Made by a program: the position numbers and the translations under genes. The notes beneath the pieces were generated by a model, which saw nothing but the letters and a program-made list of their open reading frames with translations, searched no databases and was not told the DNA's origin. A DNA stretch of 64,000 nt, taken from Camelus ferus (taxonomy: Eukaryota). Position 1 is the first letter of the stretch. The number at the start of each line of letters is the position of its first letter. Shown in pieces: positions 36,570 to 50,165 of the stretch. The stretch covers positions 92,692,001 through 92,756,000 of the forward strand of contig NC_045696.1 of the NCBI RefSeq assembly GCF_009834535.1, in the 5' to 3' direction.

Positions 36570-37040
36570 AACCATTTTTAAATTTATTTATGTATTTATT
36601 TTATAATACCATATTTTTTAAGTTGAAGTATACTTGATGTACAATGTTATAATGTTACAGGTATACAATATATTAATTCACAATTTTAAAGGTTATACTC
36701 CATTTATAGTTATAAAATATTGTCTATATTCCCCATGTTGTACAATACATCCTTGTAGCTTATTTTATACCTGATAGTTTGTACTTAATCCTCCACCTCC
36801 ATCTTTCCCCTCCCCCTCCCCTCTCCCCACTGGTAACCACAAGTTCCTTTTCTACATCTGTTAAGTTTGTTTCTTTTCTGTTCTGTTCACTAGTTTGTTG
36901 TATTTTTTAAAATTTCACATGTAACTGATATCTTACAGTATTTGTCTTTCTCTGTCTGATTTATTTCACATAGCATAATTCCCTCCAAGTCCATCCATGG
37001 TGTACACCAGAAACTAATACAACATTTTAAATAAACTGTA
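36570..37040 (-). mobile_element. Artiodactyl-type L1 3' end with a short opposite-orientation L1 tail piece
   Basis: ttgaagtatacttgatgtacaatg...ccctccaagtccatccatg; degenerate TSD tagaa(g/a)tacta(t/c)c(t/a)ctttt at 36549 and 37041. Confidence 0.75.
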
Positions 37041-37672
37041 TAGAAATACTACCACTTTTTTAAAAATTATATCTGCCCATAGTTTCTAATAGTTTTTTCT
37101 TTCCCATCATAACTGAGGGTGTAATGGACTAAAATCAGTAAGAGTAGGTCACTTCTTACTGATGCTTCTCAGCAAGGTGCTTCTCAGCAAGGAAGGGGCA
37201 ATCTCTCCTCCACCTTGTGGACCATTGTCTTAGACAATAGACATTGAATAAATGAATGATTAGTAGCTAAGTTTTATAATGATAGAAGGGAAATTCCATT
37301 GGCTATTCATATAACAATTGGAGCTAAAACTGAATGGTTAGTAATTGGCTGATAAATTATTTTAAAGTAACTTTAGCCCACTTCTAGAGTAAATTCATTA
37401 CGAATTTCTTTACATTACTAAATATGAAAAGCTGTATCTTGAAAGTGAGTGTTGTTTACAGCAGAAGCTGAAATTGTTTTTAATCCTGTTAGTTTTTAAT
37501 CCATTAGGAGATTAAGATACATTATTTTGTCATTTGAAGTGAATGAAATGTTGAAATGTTTTAACAAAAAAATTTTTGATTAATCTTGTAAATCACAATA
37601 TAGAAACATGTAAATTGCTGAATACTTCCATCTTGAAATTATGGAGTATTTATTATAATTTTATTTTTACAG

Positions 37673-37840
37673 CTTTGCAAAAAACTCGGTGGCTCATGTG
37701 TCACAGCATTGGATGGTTATTATGTGGAATCCATTATTTGTGTTTTTATTGGATTTGGTTGGTGGTTCTTTCTTGGTCCAAAACTTAAAAAGTTACAGGA
37801 TGAAGGACCATCTTCATGGAAGTGCAAAAGAAGCAAGTAA
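37673..37840 (+). CDS. SLC33A1: Acetyl-coenzyme A transporter 1, last coding exon 6
   Basis: ttacag|LCKKLGGSCVTALDGYYVESIICVFIGFGWWFFLGPKLKKLQDEGPSSWKCKRSK* with TAA at 37838-37840; the six exons sum to 1653 nt. Confidence 0.96.
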   Translation, partial: LCKKLGGSCVTALDGYYVESIICVFIGFGWWFFLGPKLKKLQDEGPSSWKCKRSK

Positions 37841-40800
37841 TAACATTCACTACTGGACATTCTAGAAAGGTAACTATAGTCTAGTTTTAACTCAGAGAGC
37901 TATGATAATCAGTGTACAGGAGTATAAAATATTACTTTAAACAGGAAATTATTAATATAAAATGCCAAATGGTTAAAAAATAGAGAACTCTGTATATTTG
38001 ATTTTATTTTTTCCTTGCCTTGTCATTGTATTTCACGTTTACTTAAGGTCAGGAAATTGGTACTAAAACAACTTTTCTGGCTTTGTTATTTGATTTATAC
38101 CTTTGTAATTTACTGACCAAAGCATGTTTTAAACTGCAATGCAGTAGTCATGGGCGGTAACCATGCTGTCAAGTATTGTTATCAGTACCTGTCATTGAGC
38201 TATATTTAAATGTTTGGAAAAAAATATATTAAATGGAACAGAGCTTGATATTCAGATAGTAACTACACCTAGTCTGGCCTTATTGGGCAGTTAAATCTTA
38301 TTTTGAGTTGCAAATTGGTTAAATTGTATGTGGAATTTGCTGAGAAGAGAATGTAAACCACTGAAATGCCATTTTAGTTGTTATTTTTCTGATCATAACC
38401 ACATTATACTAATGAATCTGTGTTAAAAAAAAAAACCTTTTAAATGTATTTCCTGCTTTTGTGAGCAGTAAAGATTTATAAGATTATTCAAACTATTTTT
38501 TATAAAATGAAAACTATGATTTTTAATTTATTAACTCCCCTGCCCACCCTCTTTTTGGAAGATATTTTGATTCCTTGTTAACTTTTACCCTAAAGCTTAC
38601 ATATGTTTTTTTGTCATCAGTGCTTCATGGCAAATGGACAGCTCTTGAGGGGGTCAAATTTAATGTTGTATGTATGTTCATGGCAAAGTTTTGAAAATAA
38701 AAAACGTTTTTCTTCAAGTAGTTTTTTTTTATTACTGAAAGAGAAAAAACAGTAAAACTTTCTGATTAAGTAAAATTTAAATGAATAATACTATAATTTT
38801 AGAAACGAATACTTAGACAAAGACATTTTGAGCCTTTGACAAATTACATGGTGGAAAAGATTTTTTTAATTAAGCACTTTACTAATGTGAAAACATCTCA
38901 CAATTACTTTATATCAAATCAGGTACTGTTTTCCCACTTATTAAAACATAACCTTCTGTTTGTAAACTATAATTTCTGGTGGAGAATTGCTATCCCAGGA
39001 GACTTAAGCTTTTGAGTAATTTAGCAATTTGCAACATATTATATGTACCTGATAATAAGGTTCTTGATGTATTTTGTGTTATATAATACTCTGACTCTTT
39101 AGAGGCTATATAAATCTTTCAAAAGGTAGAGAAAAAGGAAGATGACTCTTATTTAATAATTATTATCTTTGTGGGAACATACATACTAATGCCTGATTTT
39201 GTTAATTTTAATAACATAGGTTGAATTTTAGAGTGGGGTTTTTACAAATAATGGAGGATAAAATGGGTGGGAGAAAATGTTACTCAGCATCTGAAGAAAA
39301 GATAGAGGCAGTGGCTTCTAGAACTCATGTATTGTCATTGGAAAGCCTGTGTTGGGCATCGGTGTCACATCCTGAAGAATCACCTGGAAAAGCATCCCAG
39401 AGACAAGAAGGTCACACCAAACCATAGACTAGAGTGCTTTGTCACATGGGTTGTCCATTATCATGTATTATACTCAGAATGTTTACTTGAATAAAGAAAA
39501 CCCACTTAACTTCATATATGACATGTATTTTGATGTTTAATTTTTGGATTAAGAAGCTCACATTGCCATAATTAACTTTATTTTTCCCCACATTATTGCA
39601 AATTATACATACTTTCAAACATACTTAAGACAACAAATCATTAATGACCTGAAGCTTTAAAACATATTTTAAGCCTTAACTGTAAAGTGAAAGCCATGTA
39701 TTGCTTTTGCCCTAGAAATGAATAATTATTTTGAATTATAGGCATTTGGTTACTTGGGTACATGCTTGTAATACATACCAAAAGTGATGTGTTAATATCA
39801 GTGTTGTGTATGCTGATCATTGATGGCGTCTTACAAATGATCTACCTGAATGTGAGGATCTGTTTGCTATAAATCTACTAGAGAATACTGCTATTTTTGT
39901 GTGTGAGTGTTTTTCCTTACTGATAGATCCTGATAAACTCTACCCTCAAGTATGAACATTAATTTTCCAGTTAATGTATCATATCATTACTGGCTAATAT
40001 TGGATATAAACATATATCTCTTTATGTCAGTATTTCTGTCTGCACATTGGTTGCAACATATATAAATCTAAAATGAGTTTGAAAAGTTCTTGTAAGATTA
40101 GTTAAGACTAAAAACTCCCTCCTCTCTGAATATTTTAATTTTGCCTAATCAATCATAAAAAATTTGTTCAACATCTAAAATAGGTTTCTCTATTTTTAAA
40201 AAATATTAAACCTTTGAAATCTAAACCTACAATCTAAACCTGTTGATTTCATCCCTGTATGGCAAGGATTTTTATCCTAAACAGATGTCAGTGGGACCTT
40301 GAAACCCCTGAATTAATTGCAAAACTCTGGAGAATAATTTGTTTTTCTGGAGAGCGTTCTTATTAAAATATTAAACAGGCTGTGATCCAGAAAAATGTAC
40401 AAGCCATGGCCTTATTGAATATGAGCTGTACTATGAATTTTAAACATATATTTGAGATAATAGTTGTGAAACTAATTGTTTAAAGCAAAACCCTTGTTAA
40501 AAGGAAAATCTATGATGAAAACTAGAGAATCTCTGCCTTTGTAGTACTGAACTTGAATCTTGACTCAGGGATTAGAGCGGATAAAACCTTACTGGTAGAA
40601 GAAGGATGTAAGGGCAAATGACACCCCACAAAAGACAGATCTTAGTCATTTAATCCTATTTTGCTTTGTTAACAGAAATCTAAAATGTACCTTTTATATT
40701 AAATGGTTGAGATCATTATTTAATATAATGTAAGACCAGATTTGTTTTTGTATTTGGGAGGGGATCATGTCTTTTCATGTATTTGAAAGGATGAGTAAAA

Positions 40801-42500
40801 CTATATAACATAGACCCTGCTAAAAACAAAGAACCAATTTCTTGAGAACATTTCATGCAGATTTCCCAAATGTATTCTACTTAAATATTAAAGAAAGAGA
40901 ATAAGCTTTAAAAAATAATTTCCTAGTAAATAAGATTAATATATTTGATAGCCATTTTAGTTACAGAAGAGAAGGTGATATAATGCATTGTAGTTACTGA
41001 GACTTTTTTTAACCAATGTCTTTGGTAGATAATAAGGTAGATTATTTGATTTTTCTCATAGAAGATTGAAAGTACCTATTATAGATCAAGTTCTTTTTTT
41101 TTGTATATACATATATATTTTTATTGAAGTATAGTCAGTTTACAATGTTGTGTCAAGACCATGTTCTTTTGCACTTCAGTTTAATCTCTGCCTGATTTGA
41201 CAGTGTCAGTTTTTTAATGTAATCACTATTTAGTTTGAAACTGAGAGCCTTCCCATTTCCTACCTGTCACAACTACTATTAGAGTCTTCATTTTAGTCCT
41301 CTAAATTGTTAGCAAGGTAGAATGGGCCGGAAGAGCTAGTATTCCTTTCTGGGATTCTGTTTTGGTAGAAGCAAGTCCTGTATCAGGGCAAAATAGTTAA
41401 TGTACAGGTCTCATGCTGTCTCCTTTAAGTGAAGAGAACCTCTTATTTGACTATTGGATTATAAAGGTTGCTTTTAAGGAGGTTTGTTTATTTTTTTAGT
41501 TGTTTTTTTTCTCACCATGGTGGGGGCAGACATTTTGCAGGAGAAAATAGTTTTAGGTAGCAGAATGAAAATTTTATGATTAATCTTAGTTCCTCTTTTT
41601 AAAGTGTAATTTAAAAGATCATCTTAAAATATCAGCAATGTTAATTGCGTACTTCATATGAAGTCATCGAGGATCATTGAGGTAAAGCATTACTACATTT
41701 TAATACTTTTCTGTTGTCAATTAGACATAACTTTTTATAACAATTTCTGTGGAGAATAATGATTAAATAGCATAACGGAAATGAATAAGATACTGGTAGA
41801 ATTCTTAGGGAATTATCATAAGTTTCTAAACTTTAGCATGTTGGTTACAACTAAATCAGTTACTGTTAGAAGATATTAATATTAAAGCCTATTCTTTTCA
41901 TCAAAATTACCTTTAATGTTGGGGAAAGCTTATTTTTTATAGCCTTATAGTTAATGAAATTGAAATTTTTTATTACATGCAACTATAAAATTAGGAAAAT
42001 ATGAAATTGGGACAAAAGTTTGATGTTTTAAAAAGTTAGTTTGGCATATTTGATAAATTGATAGATTACCATTGTCAGGTTATATCAGTGAGTATATCCA
42101 TTGTTGCCCTCAGATAATACCTTTGCAAGGGTTAGTGTAAAATTGAAAAAACTACTCAATGTTGAAAGGTGTCATTGTTGAGGTTTTTATGAAATCATTG
42201 CACCCATGTACAGTTTTGAATTAAAATTAGACAATCCAAAATAATCTATTAGCTCTTTTGGAAGATCTAGGATAGCTTTGATAGTTTATTATTTAAGTGT
42301 TTTAGTATATGTGAAATGTTCATTTGTTTATTAAAATATGTTAATTGAAGCTTGATATTTATGCAGTGTTTAAATATTTGGAGTATATTTGAAATAATTC
42401 CTTTAGATTTTTTTATATAAAGGATTATTTAAATGCATAAAATGATTATTTAACAATCAATCTCTAAAAAATAAAACATTAATGAAAGAGTCTTGTTTTC
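37841..42500 (+). other. SLC33A1: Probable long SLC33A1 3' UTR with alternative poly(A) signals
   Basis: Repeat-poor AT-rich stretch with AATAAA at 38696, 39490 and 42470. The true 3' end cannot be fixed from sequence alone. Confidence 0.5.
41091..41155 (-). mobile_element. Very short (about 60 bp) 5'-truncated L1 3' tail
   Basis: ttttattgaagtatagtcagtttacaatgttgtgtc plus T tract; TSD aga(t/c)ca(a/t)gttctttt at 41083 and 41156. Confidence 0.75.
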
Positions 42501-43072
42501 ATTTTTATAAAGTAATAACGAAATTTACCTTTAAATAATTCATGTCAAAATTATATAAGCTTCATGTTATATAATTAAAAACTATAAATATGATGGGATT
42601 ATATGAAACCATTGTGAAACTTGAAAATTGTAAACCACTATAGAATTTAAAGAATATTTCATTCAATTAAAAAAAACAAATACAGTAATTTCAAGACATG
42701 TACACTTAGCACTAAATCTTTTTTTTTTTCCCTTTTTTTATGAAGTCAGTTCATGGTTGTATTATTAGTAACCTCAGCAAATGGGAAAATAGGTGGAGGC
42801 ACAACACTTTTCTTTCAGGAGAAGATGATGTATGGATAGTTTGGGATTACAAAGAATTTCACTTGAAACATTTGTGTTTGGATATTGGCTTCTTCAGCAG
42901 ATATAATTTTGAAAATTTCTTTAAAGGACAGTTTGGGACTGTAGATAAAATATTTTTTTTCTGCACAGTTTGAGCTTTCTGAGCAAATTTTACTGAAACT
43001 GGGGACCTGGGCTGAAAGAGAATCCTTCAAAATTAAATTGTGGCTGAATAGATAGTGAGAAACCATCCAGAG

Positions 43073-43446
43073 TACATTAGTGTGCTTGGACTGCCACAAC
43101 AAAATGCTGTAGACCTGGTGGCCTAAACAACGGAAACTGATTTTCTCAATTACAGAGCCTGGCAATCCAAGATCAAGGTGACAGCAAGTTTGGTTTCTCC
43201 TGAGGTCTCTCCTTGTTTTGGAAACTGCCACCTTCTTGCTGTCTTCACATGACCCTTCCTCTGTGCATACACATCCCAAGTATCTCTTCGTCTTACAAGG
43301 ACCCCAGTGCCATTGGATAAGGGACCCACTCTTGTGACTTCACTTAACCTTAATTACCTCTGAAAAGGCCCTATCTCTAAATACAGTCATAGAAAATTAG
43401 AGCTTCAATATAAGTATTTTGGAGAGACACAGTTCAGTCTGTAACA
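43073..43446 (-). mobile_element. MLT1A/B-type MaLR LTR
   Basis: ggtggcctaaacaac...tccaagatcaaggtg...cacttaaccttaattacctc...gacacagttcagtctgtaaca. Confidence 0.85.
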
Positions 43447-43449
43447 CGA

Positions 43450-43915
43450 TTGTTTATATCTCCACTCTGCCCAGTTGGGGGTGGGGGCGGGGAGACAGGG
43501 TGAGACCTGAGACCATTGGAGGCATGCTCGGTTGTAAATTGACACACACACGTCTTATCTTCCTCCTAAAGACAAGTATTTACATTCCAAAGAGTAAGAA
43601 CCCAGGATCTCTCCCAAGGAGAATTTATTTAAATTAAGGAGATAAGATTTATCTTCCTTTCTCTGGAAGAGAGGAGGGCTTCATACAGTTGTACTGTAGG
43701 TCCCCAGATTCATATTTTGAGGTTCCTCATCTATAGTACTAACCCTGGTATATGTAGGCTCTCATCTATCTGATAAGCTGTCATCAGCCTGGCTCTTACT
43801 GATTACTCCCCAGGTGAGGATTGAAAATTGAAGAGTATGGGAAATCAGTATGGTTATTAAAAGGAATTATTAAATCTGTCCCTGCTCCAGAAACTTTGTA
43901 TGTACATTCAGTACA
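43450..43915 (+). mobile_element. Degenerate ERV LTR-like fragment
   Basis: LTR-like strings (tgagaccattggag, tatttacattccaaag, attaaatctgtccctgctccagaaac); family not determined. Confidence 0.4.
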
Positions 43916-44131
43916 ATGTGGATAAATAGAACTTAACAAACATGTTTTATCTGATATTTCTTGAATTTATATTCTGTTTAATTCATATTTTTTGGTTATA
44001 TTATGGCCAGAGGCCTGGAATTATTAAAACCTGGGTTTTAGAAGCAAGAGTTTTATCTCAAGTGATTGTTTCCTTTTATATTTTCTCCTAGCCTAAATGG
44101 GGCAAATTATCCGAGTAATTCAGTTTAAGGT

Positions 44132-44600
44132 TGTCGACTGAAATAAATGTGCAGGCTTAAAGTTAGGATGAGTTATGTTTTATTTGGAGGGAGAACTCAA
44201 GCCGGGATGACAGCCTATCGATTTCTCTGAGGGACTGCTCCTGAAGAGGTAGGGGAGGAGCTAGGGTATATAGGAGCTTTACAACAAAGACCAGATAATT
44301 GGAATAATAAAAGGTTACTTTTATCTAAAGAAAACCAGGCATCTCAAGTTAAAGAATTATGTATGGGAGGAAGCAAACATTTGGGCTCATTGAATTCATT
44401 CCTTTGACAAGCACCTAGCTATCTAGGGCCAGTATCCTGTCCTTTCTTATTCTGAGTCCCCTCTGAGTGCACCACTGTGAGTGGCTGCAGAGGCTGCGCT
44501 GCAGGCTTGTCTTCCCTGAGGGGTGGCGGCAGCCGCTGTTGACTTGATGGCTTCAGCGTTCTTTGTTTACTGATACAGTTTGCAGTATTTTTCCTTCACA
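44132..44600 (-). mobile_element. MER41-like ERV1 solo LTR
   Basis: TGT...ACA termini, perfect 4-bp TSD aggt at 44128-44131 and 44601-44604, and a minus-strand AATAAA near 44178. Confidence 0.85.
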
Positions 44601-46685
44601 AGGTGATAATAAAAAAGTCCACTTCTGTGGGTAGAGAAAATTATAAATAATAGTATTTCAGTAGTGAGATTAAGTTGGAGCAAAATTGGAAGGTTTATGT
44701 GAAGAAATCAGATCCTGTAAATCAGGGAATGAAAATTACTACAAAAGCATTAACAATAAACTCTGGGTTAAAAAAGGAAAAAAGAAATGGTGAAACCATT
44801 TCAAAATTGATGTTTTATGGTTTTAAAAACATTTTTGTTTTATTAGGTTAATAACTTCTGACAAAAGAGAAAGTAGAGGTTTTTAAAAAAATTTATTTCT
44901 TTCTGGTCTTCAAAAGATTTTAACTGCTGATCAGATACTGCCCACACTAAGAGAATGACATACATAGATCATAATGTATATATAGTCAGTGAATGCAAAA
45001 GATAAGATTTTGCAGATAATAAACATTGATTTATTAGTGACTGCTTTTTTTTTGCTAATGTCTAATAAAATGAAACTGAAGGAGAGATCAGTTAAAGGCC
45101 TTCAGAGTAAACAGGGTCTAAACTAGAATAGTAGCATTGAAAAAGGAAAAGAGGAAATGTATTCCAGACACTGTGAAGGTGAATTGAAAGGACAGTTGGA
45201 TGCTATAGGAAGCAAAGACATGAACCTTTGAGTGCAGATGATGGAGAAAATGTGGTTGGTGGAACAGCTTTAAAAGAGAAGGCAGTTTTAATCAGAAGGT
45301 GGTGGTAGGAGTGTGAATAGGGACTTGCTTCAAACACTTTTTATCCTAAGCAGTTGAGACAGCATGCTTTTGAGTACAGTGAGTGAGCTGGGGAAATGAG
45401 CCCAGCGTGGGTGCAAAGGAGAAAGGGGGCAATTTGTAGGACAAAGTTCTGGAGAAGGCAAGATGAGGATAATAGTTTTCTTTATTAAAATTAACATTTA
45501 CTGCTGTTGGGAAAAAAAAAAACTATTGGTACACTCTTCATTATTTCAGTCCTGATAAAAATAAGAACAAAAGTTAAGAGTTGGAATTTTGTTAACACTC
45601 ATACTCCTTATGGTGAATATCAAAGTATTTTTGAGATTCTTAATTGTCTGTCAGTCTAGGATTGTGCAGTAGTCTTATGATGTTTCTTCCTTACTCTCAG
45701 TTCTTCTAACTCATGTCTATATTCCTCGCTACAAATATTATAGGGTTCTTCCAAAGTGCAATCAGAAATTTTGAACTCCTTTCTTTAGAATAAATTGCTT
45801 CCCCCAAGTGATAGAATCAATAATCTTCGTGATCTTATCACATATTCCAACACATTCCCTAATCTACATACCAGCCACAGTAAAATAATTCCAGATTTCA
45901 AGAACACTGTGTACTCACTCCAAATTCAAGGCAAGCCCCATGGGTATTCTTCTCTAAAATTAGCAGTGGGTTTTCATTCACTCTCATATCCCCAAGATCA
46001 CAGCTTATTTAATCTTTATGAGAATCCATAATTTTAAAAGGTAGGCATTATTGTAATTCCTATTTTACACAAGAGCAAATAGAGATATGAAGGTAAGTGA
46101 TTTGTCCTAGTCAGACTGCTAGGAGGTAGCAGTCAGATTACAACTATGGTAATCCAGTTCAAGTTCATACTCTTAATCACTTAACTGCCAAAGCTGTAGC
46201 CCCAAAACCAACTCACCCAGCCCACCTCACAGCTCAGCATTATTCTATCCTGAATCTTTTGCATCATCTCTGTTGACTCTCAAGTGATGACAAAATTCCT
46301 CAAGAAATAGTTGGAGCTAATTCTTGAACCAATATTGCAATTTCCTATTTATGTCTCTTGGTTCATGCCATCTCCTATTCTTTAAATACTTTCCCCTTAA
46401 AAGTGACCTTTAATGAAGATAATTATTTGGCAGGGATAAGAGTTTTAGCCAGAAGAGACATACCCTCTGAAACTGGAGAAAAGAAGAATATGAGAGAAAA
46501 TTAAGAGTCTGTTGATGGAGGAGAGGAGAGAAAAGTTGAAATTAATTTGCCACGTATTTTAATATGAGTAAATAAAAGGTCAAAAAGAAACTGAAGGGTG
46601 AGAAAATTGAACTGAAAAGACAGAAAAGGTTTGGGATACAGATAAATGGTAAGCATTCAAATGAATCAAGGCTAAGTTTAGAGTT

Positions 46686-47141
46686 TGTTACTGGTCAGGT
46701 TTCTTGCACTTCTTAATTAATAAGATATCAGAGGAGAAATTCAGGCCAAGTTTTATTGGAACTTGTGCTGCAGTACGAGGAAGCAAAAACAAGTAACAGG
46801 TTCCCTTGCTGGCTCCCTAAGTCCGGGAGAGGTGGTCCCGTAAATGGGGTGAAGGTAGGGGCAGATCCATGGATGGGGCCAGGCTGATGGCTTAGGTGGT
46901 AATCCCGCCTCCTTGGTGGTGCCCTGTGCAGGGATCATGCGCAGTGCCCTGCTTTTGCTCCCAACACCTCAGAAGTGGCAGTTGGGTTTTTGGTCTTTTT
47001 GTATCTTGTTCATAATTTGCAGCAACTGCTCTGTGTACCCAGTTATTTTTACTCCCTTATAGTTGCTTTGTATTCTGTTGCTCAAGATGTTTGCCCAGGT
47101 CAAGCACATCAACAAAGGGTACCAGGCCCCAGCCTGTCTCA
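46686..47141 (-). mobile_element. ERV solo LTR
   Basis: tgttactgg...gtctca termini, a minus-strand AATAAA at about 46751, and higher GC than the flanks. Confidence 0.75.
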
Positions 47142-49449
47142 TTTAGATAGCATAACTTCTAAGTGGGGCTAGTCAGTCTAGTTTTCTGACTTTCCCAGCA
47201 GTTCTTTGACTCTGAAGTGAGAAGTCTTAGCAGTGGTAGAGGACTTCAGCCATGGCTACTTGGCCCTGCAGATGTGGGACAAAGTTATGGGACACAGAGA
47301 TTCTAGGGCATTAGATCTCAAAGATATTTCTTCATTGATGAAACACAATGGGACATTCATTCCTAAGAGCATATGCAGTGTTATTTCTAATGCCAGAAGG
47401 AACAGCAGTTTTACTGTCTATTTTCCACTCAAGAAAACATAATAGGATGTAAGAATAATAGCTTACTTCAATCTGGAATAGTTTCCCAGTTGTTCTTTGT
47501 GTTTAATGCACTTCTCGCATGTACATACATTCACCCATGTGCACACACAGTATTTGAATGCGTGTAATTTTGGAGAACAAACTCTCATTGTAGTTTAATT
47601 TGTGTTTCCCTGGTGGCTACTGATGTTAAACATTCATTTTTCCTCCAAGTGAAAGTAGTATCCAGAAAATATATTCAGATAGTGATTTCTCTGGTTTTGA
47701 GTAGTAACCCCATTCTTGCATTCCAGTCCTTTTTTTTTTTTTTTTTAACAATCCAATCTTTAGTACTCTGCCAAGGCAGTCTAGCATCTCCCCTTGATTA
47801 ATGTAGGCTGCCGTCGTGTCCTTGATTTAAGGAATCATCCCTCTTACGTAGTACAGTTGGCTCTAGGTGTCCTTCCCAGGATGCCCCACTGGCCTTGTAT
47901 TCTGCTTCCCTAGTTCAACAAGATTCACTCTCACGAGTGTTTTCCCAGGTCCTGCTGGGAACCTGCTAAAGCATGGTTCTCTAATTTTCTCTGTGAATAA
48001 GATATTTCCTACCTTGGCAGGTTTGGTGTATTTCTGCTCATATTGTTCTGAGACTGGCCTTGTTACTGGCCTGGAGGCAGTGAGTGGAGACTGTCCACTC
48101 AGAAGCCCCAGGGATTTTTGCTGTACCGATTAAGCTGAAATTTCAAGGATGCAGAAACTATAGTTCGGCATAAACTATGACGTAGATAACAGTTACTGAA
48201 TTTCCTGTGTTTCTACAACAATACAAGTTTATACTTGTGGTCCTAGCAAAATTATTACTAGCATTTTTTTTATACTGAAAACTGTCCTGGTTTTGATCTT
48301 AAATTGTATGGTCACCCCAGTGATAGAGAAGAGGGTCAGGAAGTCAATTTTGTAATGGGAAAGAAAGAAGGAAAGAAAGTGTAAATGGAAGAACAGAGAA
48401 GTAAGATTATGTTGATAGTGAAGCATTAGCCTGAAGGGTCGTAAATCCCCACCGATGTGATTCCTGAAGCTTCACTGGGGTCATTTTCCAGTGTCTGAGA
48501 TTCCTACATTTCCAGTGTCCAAGATTCCAAAGGAATTTTGTGAGATTCCTTTCTCTCTTATTTCTACTCCAAGCATTTACACTAGGAGGACCTCTTTTAT
48601 TTGAAATAGACAAAGCAAATCTCTATTCTTGGCCAACAAAAGAGCACACACGATAAGTATGGTCCTAACACAAAGGCTAAACTAAGGGATATATATTAAT
48701 ATAGTAAAGATTTTGTCTGTATATAATTTGCTATGATCTGCCAGAAATTCCTTACATAGATTTAACTGCCAGACTAACACCTTGAAGTAAAAGTAAACAG
48801 TGCATGTAAATTTAATAAGAGCTAAGTACTGCAGTGATAACCCCAGGAGGCAAACACTTGAGTTTCACTATCCAGTTTTCTAAATTAGGCTTACTACATG
48901 ATAGAGTGGAATGGCAGAACAATGGATTATAAATAGGAAAATGCTGTAAGAATAGTTAAGTCTTGAATGTAATAATATAAAGATTACAGGTGACAACACA
49001 GAAATATATCCACACACTCCTTTTTATGTTGGTTATAGTCTTTGATTCTTATTTTGGTTTTTACTTTGATTCAACAAACTTATTGATTATCTTTTCTGCA
49101 AAAGGTACACTGTGGAAAGAATAAAAATTTCTTGACACGTCTTTCTCCTGTAGAAGTTCATAATTTACTGAGCAAAGAAAGGGCAATGAAAAAATTGAGG
49201 TGGCAGAGCAATTTTGTTGAGGAGAATGCTCTGGAGAGGAGGTTTTATCTCTTGTATGCTTCCCACATCCCCTTCTGAGGGCAAAAGCTTTACTTAGAGC
49301 CCCAGGCTTAACAAAGGAAATCAAGCTTTTCCCTTAAGTTTAAGTGGCTATGTTTTTGACCACTTGACCTTGTCATACAGACTCCAGCTGATTGTGCTAG
49401 AGACGGGAGCCTCTGACTGAAAGCTGACTTTATAGACCAGCTATCAGTC

Positions 49450-49539
49450 GGGAGGTAGGGTATAGCTTAGTGGTAGAGTTCAATCCTGGGTTCAATCCCT
49501 AGTACCTCTACTAACAAGAAAACAAAAAAAGGGGAAGTG
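49450..49539 (+). mobile_element. Camelid SINE with internal deletion
   Basis: gggtatagcttagtggtagag-ttcaatcc-tgggttcaatccctagtacctc; 17-bp TSD tagaccagc(t/c)atcagtc at 49433-49449 and 49540-49556. Confidence 0.85.
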
Positions 49540-49700
49540 TAGACCAGCCATCAGTCTGTCTCTTAGGTGTCTTGGCATGAAAAACTTTCGATAAGGATGA
49601 TAACACTTGCACCAATTATGGTTTTTAGGAGGTTGTGTTGGGGAGATGTGTTGGTATTAAGTAGAGTAAATACACAATGAGACAGAAATTGAGTTGCTAG

Positions 49701-50165
49701 TGTTGCCAAAAAATCAGCCTCTGCACCCCAAAAAGTGAATTCAAACTCGGAGACAGAGTTCTGTGACCAAAGAAAAGAGCAGCTTTATTGCTTTGCCCGG
49801 CAAAGGGAGTCACTGCAGGCTAATGCCTGAAAGACTGTGAGCCCATCTTGGGGTTGGGGTCTTGAGGTTTTGTAGAAAAACTGGATGGAACAGAAAAGGC
49901 GATAACAATCAGGGCGTTTTAGAGGGTGCTACATTCCTCTTAACCTCAATCTTTAGGAGGGTCTGTCCATTCTTCTGAGATTATCAGCCTCCTTCCTGGG
50001 GCACAGCCTCTAGGTTCAAGTGAAAGAATGAAATAGCAAATTCATTAAAGAATGAATCAGCAAACAGTTTCACATCTGGGAAGTCAGTCTGTTAGTTTGC
50101 TTTATACTCCTTCACTAGAGATAGGTTAATAATAATACTCATAGGGATTAATGAACTTCTGATCC
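49701..50165 (-). mobile_element. ERV1 LTR fragment
   Basis: tgttgcc...aaactcggagacagagtt...agctttattgctttgcccggcaaaggg...gctaatgcc; right boundary uncertain. Confidence 0.65.

Noticed and set aside
37163..37192. Perfect 15-bp tandem duplication tgcttctcagcaagg
   Set aside because: Ordinary intronic micro-duplication with no functional clue.
44132..44600. Interferon-responsive STAT1/GAS sites expected in some MER41-like LTRs
   Set aside because: I found no exact TTCNNNGAA by eye here or in 10252-10699, so no immune-enhancer claim is made.
48486..48550. Short imperfect repeats ttccagtgtc...agattcc
   Set aside because: Only two to three degenerate units without distinct spacers; not CRISPR-like, and the context is eukaryotic.
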